From Mobula hypostoma (lineage: Eukaryota), in NCBI RefSeq assembly GCF_963921235.1, contig NC_086097.1, positions 28,522,001 through 28,586,000 of the forward strand: a stretch of DNA of 64,000 bases, written 5' to 3'. The stretch's first letter is position 1. The number at the start of each line of letters is the position of its first letter. Position numbers and translations under genes: made by a program. The notes beneath the pieces are model-generated. The model searched no databases. It was given only the letters and a program-made list of their open reading frames with translations, and was not told the DNA's origin. This document shows positions 25,433 through 38,532 of the stretch, piece after piece.

Positions 25433-25468
25433 AGTCGACGTTTCGGGCCAAGACCCTTCGTCAGGACT
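25433..25468 (-). ncRNA. Minimal type-I hammerhead ribozyme motif (PLE-associated), intact core
   Basis: AGUC-CUGACGA-A-GGG-ucuugg-CCC-GAAAC-GUC^GACU. Stem I AGUC/GACU, stem II GGG/CCC, palindromic ACGU stem III. Confidence 0.75.
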
Positions 25469-28400
25469 AACTGAAAGAAGATAGTAAGAGATTTGAAAGT
25501 GGGAGGGGGAGGGGGAGATCCGAAAAGATAGGAGAAGACAGGAGGGAGAGGGATGGAGCCAAGAGCTGGACAGGTGAATGGCAAAGGGGATATGAGAGGA
25601 TCATGGGACAGGAGGCCTAGGGAGAGTGTGAGTATTTTTGCTCTTTTTTTTTGCACTACTTATCTATGTATCTAGAGTGGATATATATATTATATGACAT
25701 TTCTTACTGTACTTTATAGTATTTTATGTGTTGCACTGCACTGCTGCCGTAAAACAACAAATTTCATGACATGTCAGTGATAATGAACCTGTTTCTGAAT
25801 CACTGTTCTCTAATTAATAACCCACAACATGAATCATGTAACCATTTTCTGACGTGACATTGTAAACATTAGATGGAAACTTCTAAACTAAACACAGCAC
25901 AGGAGGGAGAATTTGGCCCATCATTGCTATCCTGGTTCTGTATGTGGGTAATTCAGCTGGTCCCATCTCCCCCACTCTTTCCCGGATCCCGTGCGTAAAC
26001 TATTTGCTTTCAAGATCTTAACCATGCTCTCTACAGAACATGGTAATTGCACCTGCCACCACAAAGCCTTCAGACAATGCATTCCAGATCCTTATCACTC
26101 TCCACATAAAAATGCTCTTCCTTGAGTTACTCTGACATTCTAAGCATGACTGAATGTTCTAACTGGTTGCATCACCATCTGGTATGGAAGCTTCAACGTG
26201 CAGGATTGCAAAAGGTGACACAAAGTTGTCGACTCAGCCAGCTCAATCAGGGGCACAACCATCCCGGCCATCGAGGACGTCTTCAAGAGGTGGCGTCTCG
26301 TGAAGGCGGTATCTGTTGCTATGGACCCTCACCACCTAGGACATGCTCTTTTCTCATTCTTACTATCAGAGAGGAGGTTCAGGAGTCTGTAGTCACATAC
26401 TCAACATTTTAGGAACAGTTTTTTTCCTCTCTGCCATCATATTTCTGAATTGTTCATGATCACTACTGCGTTTCTCCTATTTACGTTTGTAACTTAGCCC
26501 CTAAGACCATAAATATGGGAGCAGAATTAGGCCACTTGGCTCATCAAGTCTGCTCCACCGTTTCATCAAGACTGATCCATTTCCCTCTCAGCCTCGATCA
26601 ATTTATAGTGATTTCATGTCTTTGTACTGTACTGCTGCTGCAAAACAACAAATTTTACATCACATACAGTAAGTCATTGACAATACATCTGATTCTGGCT
26701 CTTTTTTTGCTAATTACTTTCATTGACTCCTCTGGTTTCTGACCCTGTTGTCAAACAACTGAACTCTGTATTTCTTCACAGTTCTAAATATTGATATCAG
26801 AGTCCCACTCAATCTTCTCCACTACAAGAGAACTACAGCTTCGCCAGTGCACCACAAACTAAGGTCCTTCGTTCTTGAAGTTATCCTTCCAACTAGGTTC
26901 TGCCTTCAATCATTACTGAGGCACGTGCCCAGAACTGAACGCCGGCTGTGGTCAAGTCTCTGTTTTGTAAAGGTTCATAAGACCACAAGACATCGGAGCA
27001 GATTCAGGCTAGATGATTGATTGATGTACAAGTTGGTCATCTAACCTGGTATAGAGGCAAAAGAGAGAATTGAACCATCTAGTAGTTAAGTTTCCCGTAG
27101 GATAGCTGGCACTAGATCTGCACGCAGTTTTATCTGGGCGAACCCTTTCTAAAGCAGAGGTTGATTAGTAACAGCATCATAGGTTACAGGGAGAAGGCAG
27201 GGATAGTAAATCAGTCATAATCAAATGGTGGAACAAACTTAATGGGCTGAATAGCCTAATTCTGCTTCTACAGTACATCTTATGGTCTTATTACCATTGC
27301 TTCTTCACTCTACTCTCCCAGCACTCATCAAACAATCTGTTACTCCTGAAGCTTATACAAAAGCACATTCTCCACCACATCCTTGCTTCATAAGACGCAG
27401 GAGCAGAATTAGGCCATTTGGCCCATCGATTCTTCTCCACCATTCCATCCCGTTGATTTATCTCCCCTCAGAACCCCAGACTTCCCACTGGCAACAAAAG
27501 CAACGACACCACTCTTTCCTTTGTAACCTATATACGTGAAGTACACATAAATATGGCCTATAATAAATAAACACATCACAATGTACCAAAGTACCAAAAA
27601 GAAATACTCCAAGTGTGATCTAACTAGAGGGTTACAGAGCTACAACATTATCTTGCGGCTCTTGAACTCAGTCCCATGACTAATGAAAGGCAACACACCA
27701 TTCGACTTCTTAACAACCCTATCAATTTGCGCAGAAACTTTGAGGGGTTGATGGATGTGGACCCTCTGCACCCTCTTTTCTTTCCATTGCCAAAAATCCT
27801 GCTGATAACCCTGTATTCTGCCTTCAAATTCGACTTTCCAAAATCAATCACTTCACATTTTCCCAGGATGAATGGGGTTGAGAGGGATAATAAATATATA
27901 ATGTCAGAGCAGACTCAATGGGCCAAATGGTCCAATTCTGCTCCCATGTCTTATGGTCTAACATTAATAATGAATGAGTATTATCAATTGCAAAAAGCAG
28001 AAGGTTGCAGATGTTGAGTAAATGCATCTCTAATCGGGAACTTTTTTTTACAATGGTCAGAAATGGACAGGAAAGATGTCAATAAGTTTGAAAGAGTGGA
28101 GAGAGAATTTACAAGGATGCTGCTGGGACTTGAGGATCTGAATTATTGGGAAAGATTTGCCCTGGGACTTAGGAGAATGAGGGGAGATTTGATAGAGGTA
28201 TACAAAATTATAGATTGGGTAAGTGCAAGCAAGTTGGGTGAGACTAGAACTGGAAATCATGGGTATGGGGTTGAAGCTGAAATATTTAAGGGGAACCTGA
28301 GGGGAAGCTTTCTGTGCAAGGAGTGGCACCTCACGCAGCCTTCTGATCTGCGCCTTGTAAGGCAAGAAAATGCCCGACGCAGGCTTCTCATGGTCTGAGT

Positions 28401-29299
28401 CGACATTCCCTCCCCGAGGGGAAGCTTCTTCACTCAGAGGGTGGTGAGAGTGTGGAACGAGCTGCCAGCTGAAGTGGTGGATGTGGGTTTGATTTCAAAA
28501 CTTAAGAGATACTTGGATACGTACATAGATGGGAGGGATATGGAGGGCTATGGTCTGGGTGCAGGTTGATGGGATTAGGCAGAAAGATAGTTCAGGACAG
28601 ACTAGATGGGCCAAAGGGCCTGTTTCTATGCTGTAGTGTTCTATGACCCTAAGTAAACAGCATTTCCACAGCTATCAATGTGAGCAAGGAAAGGTTTATC
28701 CACTTGACAGAGCTTGGCTTACTTTGTATGAGATTTCCTATTAAATAAACCAATGGTACCTTCAGGATTAAAACCCACTAAAGGCTTGAGAAGTCAGGTC
28801 ACAAATTCATCACCTGATGAAAATTCGGTACATTCGACCCCAAGGCAGGGGACAATCAAAATCAAACACTGAGCCTACTTTGAAACGAATTTTGAAGGAA
28901 ACCAGATTGCAGCTTTTTGAGGAGCTTTTTGTTGTGGAAGTGAAGAGTTCAGCCACTCTCAGATCTGCAACAAAATACTCTCTCCTGAGAAGTTAAGTCC
29001 TTCTCTAGAACTCATTAATGGGGACTGCTAAAGGGAAAGATTGGTCAGCACTCAATCCATTCTTTCTAAAAGCTCCTGGAATAAAAGGTTTTTGTGCATC
29101 ACAGAGTTTTGTTGATTGCTAAGCTCATGAGGCAATAACTTTTAATGAATTCTCCCGAGTCACGAAACACCAATTCAGACCAGCACTATCCAAATGCTGA
29201 ATAATGTGGCTCGTCCAAAAATATATTCTTTGGTCTGCTTTCTGCTGGTTGTTTTTTTTTGAAGAAATTTGTGGCTTGTTGGCTATCACTTAAGGTCTA

Positions 29300-30372
29300 C
29301 AACAGACAATAGGTGCAGGAGTGGGCCATTCAGCCCTTCGAGCCAGCACCGCCATTCACTGTGATCATGGCTGATCATCCACAATCAGGACCCCGTTCCT
29401 GCCTTCTCCCCATATCCCTTGACTCCACTATCTTTAAGAGCTCTATCTAACTCTTTCTTGAAAGCATCCAGAGAATTGGCCTCCAGGGCCTTCTGAGGCA
29501 GAGCATTCCACAGATCCACAACTCTCTGGGTGAAGAAGTTTTTCCTCAACTCCGTTCTAAGTGGCCTACCCCTTATTCTTAAACTGTGGCTTCTGGTTCT
29601 GGACTCACCCAACATCGGGAACATGTTTCCTGCCTCTAGCATGTCCAATCCCTCAATCCCCTCTCATCCTTCTAAATTCCAGTGTATACATGTCCAGTCA
29701 CTCCAATCTTTCAACATATGACAGTCCCACCATCCCGGGAATTAACCTCGTGAACCTATGCTGTGCTACCTCAATAGCAATAATTTCCTTCCTCAAATTT
29801 GGAGACCAAAACTGCACACAGTACTCCAGGTATGGTCTCACCTGGGCCCTGTACAACTGCAGAAGGACCTCTTTGCTCCTATACTTAACTCCCCTTGTTA
29901 TGAAGGCCAACATGCCATTAGCTTTCTTCACTGCCTGCTGTACCTGCATGCTTACTTTCAGTAACTGATATACAAGAACACCTAGATCTCATTGTACTTC
30001 CCCTTTTCCTAACTTGACACCATTCAGATAGTAATCTGCCTTTCTGTTCTTGCCACCAAGATGGATAACCTCATATTTATCCACATTAAACTGCATCTGC
30101 CATGCATCTGCCCACTCACCCAGCCTGTCCAAGTCACCCTGCATTCTCATAACATCCTCCTCACATTTCACACTGCCACCCAGCTTTGTGTCACCTGCAA
30201 ATTTGCTAATGTTACTTTTAATCCCTTCATCTGAATCATTAATGTATATTGTAAATAGCTGCGGTCCCAGCACTGAGCCTTGCAGTAGCCCACTGGTCAC
30301 TGCCAGCCATTCTGAAAGGGACCCGTTAATACCTACTCTTTGTTTCCTGTCTGCCACCAATTTTCTATCCAT
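29300..30372 (-). mobile_element. 5'-truncated CR1 LINE
   Basis: VTSGLLQGSVLGP, SKFAGDTKLGG, VRPYLEYCVQFWSP, FFTQRVVDLWNALP. Confidence 0.9.
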
Positions 30373-31250
30373 AACAGAGTGGAACCAAATCACATATTGG
30401 ACAGGCTGGGGTGTGCGATGGGCATCTTTTATAATACATCGCCACATCAAACTTCATCTCTGGGGGTTTGAGGAATTCAGTGCGGAGAGAGCAATGCACT
30501 ATTGAAGGTGCTGGCTTCCAGCTGAAGCACTGGACCACAACCTCTGCTGCCCTGACAATGCTTTACAACACCAGCAACCCAGGATCAATTCTGCCATTGT
30601 CTGTGAGGGATTTGTATGTGGCACAGCACAGAAACTTGCCCTTTGGTCCACCTAGGCCACGCTGAGTCGGTGGAGCATGGGCAGAATAAAATAAGATTGG
30701 CCTGGGAGCAATTGGGTACAATGACTGGCACAGACTCGGTGGGCAGAATGGCCTGTTTCTGGCTCTATGTCTCCGTGAGATCTTAATGTAAAAGGCAGGC
30801 ACAAAGGAGGCAAATGGAGTTTAATGAAGAGAAGTGTGTTGGGAAGAAATTGTTGAGGTAAAGAGGGAGATTTAAGGTTATGACCAAAGTGCACAGAGGG
30901 CAGCAAGGCAGGTGGATAAAGAATAAATTTTATGGTAATTGGAGGACATTGATGGGCTATTGGAGGGAAGGGCTAAATTAATCTGAGAGTAGGCTAAAGT
31001 GTTGGCACAACATGGTGAGTCAAAGAGCCTGTACTGTTATATTGTTCCATGTTCCATAACGTTCTATGATGCAGTGACAAATATGTACTTTGATAATAAA
31101 TTTACTTTGAATGTTGAAGTGCATTCTACTTTTTTCTACCCAATTCCAGCCAACTCAATGCAACAATTTCGAGATGATGATTTACTTCTCTCTGACACTC
31201 AGCCGGTCACTGACCGCCTGAACCAAGCAACAGTTTTGGAGGAAACTTAC

Positions 31251-31395
31251 CGTCCAGCAGGTCAGTACTCTTTGACATCTGCTCCAGCTCCCAGCCAAGA
31301 TGAGCAGATTCATTCATGCTCTGCTTTTTCTCAATTTCCAGCACCATATTCTCCTCGACCAGCTCTTCGATACGCTTCCGATCTGCCTCCCGGTC
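31251..31395 (-). CDS. CCDC88C: CCDC88-family exon 4 of 10 (145 nt; absent from the ORF track)
   Basis: gggcag| and |gtaagt. Manual translation [48 protein letters not shown] plus 1 nt. Confidence 0.93.
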
Positions 31396-32212
31396 CTGCC
31401 CAGAAGTGGAATCAGAATCAGAATTCCCAGCATCATTCCTGGTGAAAGGTCTCAGCCTTAAAAGGCAACTCTTTATTTCCCTCCGTAGGTTGCTCCATCA
31501 GCAATTTGTGAGTGTGGATCACCAGAGGGCACAGCCTCAGAGAAGAAGGACGTCCTTTCAGTATAGAGATGAGGAGGAATTTCTTTAGCCAGAGGGTGGT
31601 GAATCTGTGGAATTCATTGCCACAGATGGCTGAGGAGGTCAAGTCATTGAATATATTTAAAGCAGAAGATGACAGGTTCTTGATTAGTAAGGGTGTGAAA
31701 GATTATGGGCAAAAGGCAGGAGAATGGGGTTGAGAAGGATAATGAATCAGCCATAGTGGAACGGTAGAGCAGACTCAATGGGCCAAATGGCCTGATTCTG
31801 CTGCTACATCTCAATGTTTTATGGTCCAGGTGAGAGGCAGATGGAGAAAGGGAGAATGGGGATAGCGACACGGCTGGGAGATGATAGGTAGAGGCAACAA
31901 AAGGCTGCTGATGGTGGGATCCAATAGGAGAGGTAGTTGGAACCAAAGAAGGGTGATGGGCAGGGAAGAGCATATGTGATCAGTGTGGGGAGGGGGCCCA
32001 GTGGGATGGAAGTGTGGGTGATGGGCAGATGGAATGAATCAGAATCAGGCTTATTATCACAATCATGAAATTCATTGCTTTGCGGCAACAGTACAATGCA
32101 ATACATAAAATAAACCATAAATTACAATAAGAAACTTGTATATAAATAATTCAATATGTATAGGAAAAAGAAAGCAAAATAGTGAGGTATTGTTGATGGG
32201 TTCACGAACAGT

Positions 32213-35200
32213 CCAGCTACACCAAAACCATGGCGAAAGTTGTATCACCAGACAGGGAAACAGCAGTGTTCGAGTTCCTAGCTGGTGTGCTGCAAGGAGA
32301 CACTCTGGCACCCTACATCTTTATAATCATCCTTGCTTACGTTCTACGTCAAGCTACCAAAGATCATGACAAGTTTGGTTTTACCATAAAACCAGGACGA
32401 ACCACAAGGGTCAGACCAGTTTTTGCAGATGACATAGTCCTGCTCTCTGACCAGATGGAGGAAGCACAGCAGCTCCTGACAAAAGTGGAAACCGAGTGCA
32501 ATAAAGTTGGACTTCACCTAAACACTAAGAAGAATTCATGGTGTTTAACTGCGAGGCAGGTACTCTCAAGACCGTAAAGAATGATACCATTAAGAAAGTC
32601 TTTGACTACAAGTACCTCGGGTCAAGAATGATGAGTTTGGAGAAGGACATAAAGATACGGAAGGCGCTGGCGTGGAGGGCTATGAACGACATGAAGGAAA
32701 TCTGGAAGTCGAACCTGACCAGAGGGCTTAAAAAGAGGATTTTCATAGCAGTCATAGAGTCCATTCTCACGTACAGATGCGAGATGTGGACACTCACCAA
32801 GACGATGTGGAAGTCTCTAGATGGTTGCTATACACAAATGCTCCGGATGGCTCTTGATGTGAGTTGGCAACAGCACATGACGAACGTTGAGCTCTATAAC
32901 AACCTACCAATGCTCTCCACTAAAATCGAGGCAAGAAGACTGCAACTAGCAGGGCACTGTCTATGCCACCCCGAGCTACCTGCCAGCCTAGTCATCATAT
33001 GGGAGCCCGAGCACGGGAGGATGAACCCTGGGCGCCCTCCCAAGACTATGGTCAACATGCTCCTAGAAGACAGCGGAAAGGCTAATGTAGATGAACTGAA
33101 CACACTGATGAGGGAGAGGGAACATAGAACACAGAACATAGAATAGTACAGCACAGTACAGGCCCTTCGGCCCACAATGTTGTGCCGACCCTCAAACCCT
33201 GCCTCCCATATAAGCCCCCACCTTAAATTCCTCCATATACCTGTCCAGTAGTCTCTTAAACTTCACTAGTGTATCTGCCTCTACCACTGACTCAGGCAGT
33301 GCATTCCACACACCAACCACTCTCTCAGTAAAAAACCTTCCTCTAATATCCCCCTTGAACTTCCCACCCCTTACCTTAAAGCCATGTCCTCTTGTATTGA
33401 GCAGTGGTGCCCTGGGGAAGAGGCGCTGGCTATCCACTCTATCTATTCCTCTTATTATCTTGTACACCTCTATCATGTCTCCTCTCATCCTCCTTCTCTC
33501 CAAAGAGTAAAGCCCTAGCTCCCTTAATCTCTGATCATAATGCATACTTTCTAAACCAGGCAGCATCCTGGTAAATCTCCTCTGTACCCTTTCCAATGCT
33601 TCCACATCCTTCCTATAGTGAGGTGACCAGAACTGGACACAGTACTCCAAGTGTGGCCTAACCAGAGTTTTATAGAGCTGCATTATTACATCGCAACTCT
33701 TAAACTCTATCCCTCGACTTATGAAAGCTAACACCCCATAAGCTTTCTTAACTACCCTATCCACCTGTGAGGCAACTTTCAGGGATCTGTGGACATGTAC
33801 CCCGAGATCCCTCTGCTCCTCCACACTACCAAGTATCCTGCCATTTACTTTGTACTCTGCCTTGGAGTTTGTCCTTCCAAAATGTACCACCTCACACTTC
33901 TCCGGGTTGAACTCCATCTGCCACTTCTCAGCCCACTTCTGCATCCTATCAATGTCTCTCTGCAATCTTTGATAATCCTCTACACTAACTACAACACCAC
34001 CAACCTTTGTGTCGTCTGCAAACTTGCCAACCCACCCTTCTACCCCCACATCCAGGTCGTTAATAAAAATCACGAAAAGTAGAGGTCCCAGAACAGATCC
34101 TTGTGGGACACCACTAGTCACAACCCTCCAATCCAAATGTACTTCCTCCACCACCACCCTCTGCCTTATGCAGGCAAGCCAATTCTGAATCCACCTGGCC
34201 AAACTTCCCTGGATCCCATGCCTTCTAACTTTCTGAATAAGCCTACCGTGTGGAACCTTGTCAATTGCCTTACTAAAATCCATATAGATCACATCCACTG
34301 CACTACCCTCATCCATATGCCTGGTCACCTCCTCAAAGAACTCTATCAGGCTTGTTAGACACGATCTGCCCTTCACAAAGCCATGCTGACTGTCCCTGAT
34401 CAGACCATGATTCTCTAAATGCCTATAGATCCTATCTCTAAGAATCTTTTCCAACAGCTTTCCCACCACAGCCGTAAGGCTCACTGGTCTATAATTACCC
34501 GGACTATCCCTACTACCTTTTTTGAACAAGGGAACAACATTCGCCTCCCTCCAATCCTCCGGTACCATTCCCGTGGACAACGAGGACATAAAGATCCTAG
34601 CCAGAGGCTCAGCAATCTCTTCTCTCACCTCGTGGAGTAGCCTGGGGAATATTCCGTCAGGCCCCGGGGACTTATCTGTCCTAATGTATTTTAACAACTC
34701 CAACACCTCCTCTCCCTTAATATCAACGTGCTCCAGAACATCAACCTCACTCATATTGTCCTCACCATCATCAAGTTCCCTCTCATTGGTGAATACCGAA
34801 GAGAAGTATTCATTGAGGACCTCGCTCACTTCCACAGCCTCCAGGCACATCTTCCCACCTTTATCTCTAATCAGTCCTACCTTCACTCCTGTCATCCTTT
34901 TTTTCTTCACATAATTGAAGAATGCCTTGGGGTTTTCCTTTACCCTACTCGCCAAGGCCTTCTCATGCCCCCTTCTTGCTCTTCTCAGCCCCTTCTTAAG
35001 CTCCTTTCCTGCTTCCCTATATTCCTCAATAGACCCAGCTGATCCTTGCTTCCTAAACCTCATGTATGCTGCCTTCTTCCTCCTGACTAGATTTTCCACC
35101 TCACTTGTCACCCATGGTTCCTTCACCCTACCATTCTTTATCTTCCTCACCAGGACAAATTTATCCCTAACATCCTGCAAGAGATCCCTAAACATCAACC

Positions 35201-35938
35201 ACATGTCCATAGTACATTTCCCTGCAAAAACATCATCCCAATTCACACCCGCAAGTTCTAGCCTTATAGCCTCATAATTTGCCTTTCCCCAATTAAAAAT
35301 TTTCCTGTTCTCTTTGATTCTATCCTTTTCCATGATAATTATAAAGGCCAGGGAGCGGTGGTCACTGTCCCCCAGATGCTCACCCACTGAGAGATCTGTG
35401 ACCTGACCTGGTTCATTACCTAGTACTAGATCTAGTATGGCATTCCCCCTGGTCGGCCTGTCCACATACTATGACAGGAATCCATCCTGGATACACTTAA
35501 CAAATTCTGCCCCATCTAAACCCTTGGAACTAATCAGGTGCCAATCAATATTAGGGAAGTTAAAGTCACCCATGATAACAACCCTGTTATTTTTGCACCT
35601 TTCCAAAATCTGCCTCCCAATCTGCTCCTCTGTATCTGCTACCAGGAGGCCTATAGAATACCCCCAGTAGAGTAACTGCTCCCTTCCTGTTCCTGACTTC
35701 CACCCACATTGACTCAAAAGAGGATCCTGCTACATTACCCACACTTTCTGTAGCTGTAATAGTATCCCTGACCAGTAATGCCACCCCTCCTCCCCTTTTT
35801 CCGCTCTCTCTATCCCTTTTAAAGCACTGAAATCCAGGAATATTGAGAATCCATTCCTGCCCTGGTGCCAGGGAGAAGTGATTCCGTCATCGCACCTAAC
35901 GCCGGCCCCCTAGGCCTGAGTCGACGTAGTAGTAGTAG
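32213..35938 (+). mobile_element. 5'-truncated RTE-clade LINE (32213-33121 plus 35870-35938), split by a CR1
   Basis: GVLQGDTLAPYIF, FADDIVLL, YKYLGS, RRLQLAGH, GRPPKT. (GTA)n tail. TSD tcacgaacagt at 32202-32212 and 35939-35949. Confidence 0.88.
33122..35869 (-). mobile_element. Young CR1 LINE ORF2: part of APE endonuclease plus RT; 757-aa open stretch 33192..35465
   Basis: GDFNFPNIDW, PTRGNAILDL, KSPGPDG, NYRPVSLT, GVPQGSVLGP, FADDTK. Frameshifts upstream of 35465; (TTCTATG)n tail. Confidence 0.95.
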
Positions 35939-36689
35939 TCACGAACAGTTTAGAAATCAGAGTGCATTTGGAAAAGTCTCCCAGCCCTTTCTGAGTTTGT
36001 GACCATGATTCTAGGGTTACTTTGGAATGCCACTTAGTTCAGTAATGTCTGTCAGGAAGAAAACTGAACGGAGTGATGCCCTTGCATATCACTCAGTCTG
36101 AGCACAGATAGGAATGGGGAATTCCTGGCCTAGACAGTGACATCAGAATCAGATTTGTTAACACTGACATTTGTCATTTTGTAGTAGCAGTACAGTGCAA
36201 TACAAAAAACATACAAAATTACAATAAAAACTATACAAAATATATAAGTAGAGCAAAAAGAGAGCAAAAATAGTGATACAGTGGAAACAGAAATGTTTAA
36301 AAGGCATTCAGCCAGGCTCATGAAAACACAGGGATCAGACACAAAATGCTGGAGGAGCTCAACAGGTCAGGGATAATCCATGGAGGGGAATAAACAGTCA
36401 ACATTTCGGGCTGATACTCTTCATCAGGGCTGGGTTGTTTGAGATTTTCAGCATCTTTTCTATGTGTGCTGCTGAAAATTTCCAGCATCTGCAGAATCGC
36501 TTGCGTTTGAGAACAGAAAGATACAGGACACTTGCAGGCTGGAGGTATGAGTTTCAATTGGCATCACATTCAGATGGGATTAGCTTGGGGGGGGGGGCGC
36601 TGTTGAACCACGAGCAAGTAGGACGCACCCTCCTGTAGCTCTGGCAGATTTGATATTAAAACTTCATTTACACAAAGTCAGTTTGAGGT

Positions 36690-38532
36690 TTAGGGTGGCA
36701 AACGAAGGGGAGGTGCTCTTCAATACATACCAGAAGGAGAAAGAGTGAAGGACTGTGCTACAAAATGCCGAGAAGAGGAACGGCTAAGGCAGAGACGAAC
36801 GAAGAAACAGACCCAATTGACGCCTCGGAGCTCACGAGTGAGGGCAACGTGGAGCCACGTGGAGCCACGTCACAGAGTATGGACAAGAATGCGGTATTGG
36901 TGGCCATAGAGTCGCTACATGCAGAGCTAACTACGATGAAGTCAGACATCTGTAAGAAAATCGAAGAAAAAGTTGCAGAGGTAGCGGTTGCTTTGAGAAG
37001 TGAAATGGCTTTGTTGAAAGTGGAAAACGACGCTGTGATTACCGCATTGAATACACAAGATCAAACTCAAAGAGATGCAGAGTCGGCTAACAGAGCTCCG
37101 GACATAGTTGTGGAGCTGGAAAGCAAGGTGAAGCGACTTGGTGGGCACGTTGAACAACTTTCTGAAAAATGCCTGGATTTAGAGGGACGGTTGAAACGAC
37201 AGAATCTGAGAATTGCAGGCCTACGAGAGGGGAAGGAAAACGGGCAGAAGACAAGAAATTTCACGGCACAGATGTTATAACAAGCTCTAAACCTGGAAGA
37301 AGCTCCGGTGACAGACCGGGCACACAGAGCACTTCGTAAGCGCCCGGGGGATGACGAGCTGCCACGACACCTGATCGTAAAGATATAATACAAAAGGTGA
37401 TAGGTACCAAGTACCTACAATATCAAGGGCAAAGGATTCAGATCTTCAGAGACCTTCCATCCACGGTGGCTAAACGACGTGCAGCTTTCACACCAGTCAG
37501 GAGGTTGCTGCGGGATAGACCCAGAGTCAAGTTTGGCCTCGTCTATCCCGCAAAGCTACGAGTGACAATTAATGGAACCAAGGCGGTGTTTACAGATCCA
37601 GAAGAAGCTCGCCGGTATGCGGAACGTCATTTCAACGTCATCTCAACGTATGCTGAGAAGTGACTGTGCACAGTGAGAAGAAACCCCTTAGAGAATGAAG
37701 ATGCCCCAAGTAAAACTCCACGGTAGGAAATTGTGAACGTTTTGAACATTAATGAGGCCCTGCCTCTAATCCCTGTAGAAAACAGGACTCTTTGAGTTGT
37801 ATTTGGATTGTACAATGTCGGATTAAGGCCCTATGAGTGCACAGATAGTAATAAGAGTTGGTCTAAACTGGTGTTTTATGAGGAGTATGTTGTTAATGGT
37901 GCTAGACTTTCTGGTGCTAGAGTAAGTTATAACTTTGAGAATCACACTTACTTTAACATCTTGATAATCTCTGTTTGCTAGTTTTTCTCGTTTTTTTCAT
38001 TCCGATACCAGATTTGGCTTTGTGACCATCTTTTTAACTGGGGAGCTACTAGACTGGTTGAGAGAAGTGTTAGAGATCAAGAAGTTATTCCTAGAGTTTT
38101 GACTAGATGTATTTGTGTGTGGAGATATGGATTTTTTTATTGGTTGTCTCGAGCTTTCAAGGGTGATGGGGGTTGTTGGGAGGGGGAGGGAGGGACAGGG
38201 GTAAGGGAGTGCTATTTAGGGTCCATTCATTTCTAATGACTGATAGATTTACAAGCTCCAGAACAGATCAAAAACATTATCATACAGATGTTAAATACTG
38301 AGATGGAAGGAGGTCAGGGGACAAGAAATCACATTACTTTTTGTTCCTGGAATGTAAATGGGATTAATGAGCCCGTGAAAAGGGGTAAAGTGCTGTCTCA
38401 GCTAAAATCGCTACAGGCCAATGTGATCTTCTTGCAGGAAACACATTTGAAGAATGAAGCTCATTGTAAAATTAGGGGCAAGTGGATAGGCCAAATATAT
38501 TCTTCAAAGTTTCCAATGAAATCTCGGGGTGT
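36690..38532 (+). mobile_element. L1-clade LINE, 5' portion: ORF1p with a stop, inter-ORF spacer, start of ORF2 endonuclease
   Basis: LEGRLKRQNLRIAGL, DRAHR, FGLVYPAKLRV; SWNVNGIN...IFLQETHL. Confidence 0.88.

Noticed and set aside
33192..35465. 757-aa ORF (and the 567-aa ORF at 49729) as host or domesticated genes
   Set aside because: 5'-truncated CR1 ORF2 with tails and insertion junctions; upstream frameshifts.
36765..37663. L1TD1-like domesticated ORF1 gene
   Set aside because: In-frame stop at about 37278 and linkage to an ORF2 start indicate an ordinary L1 relic.
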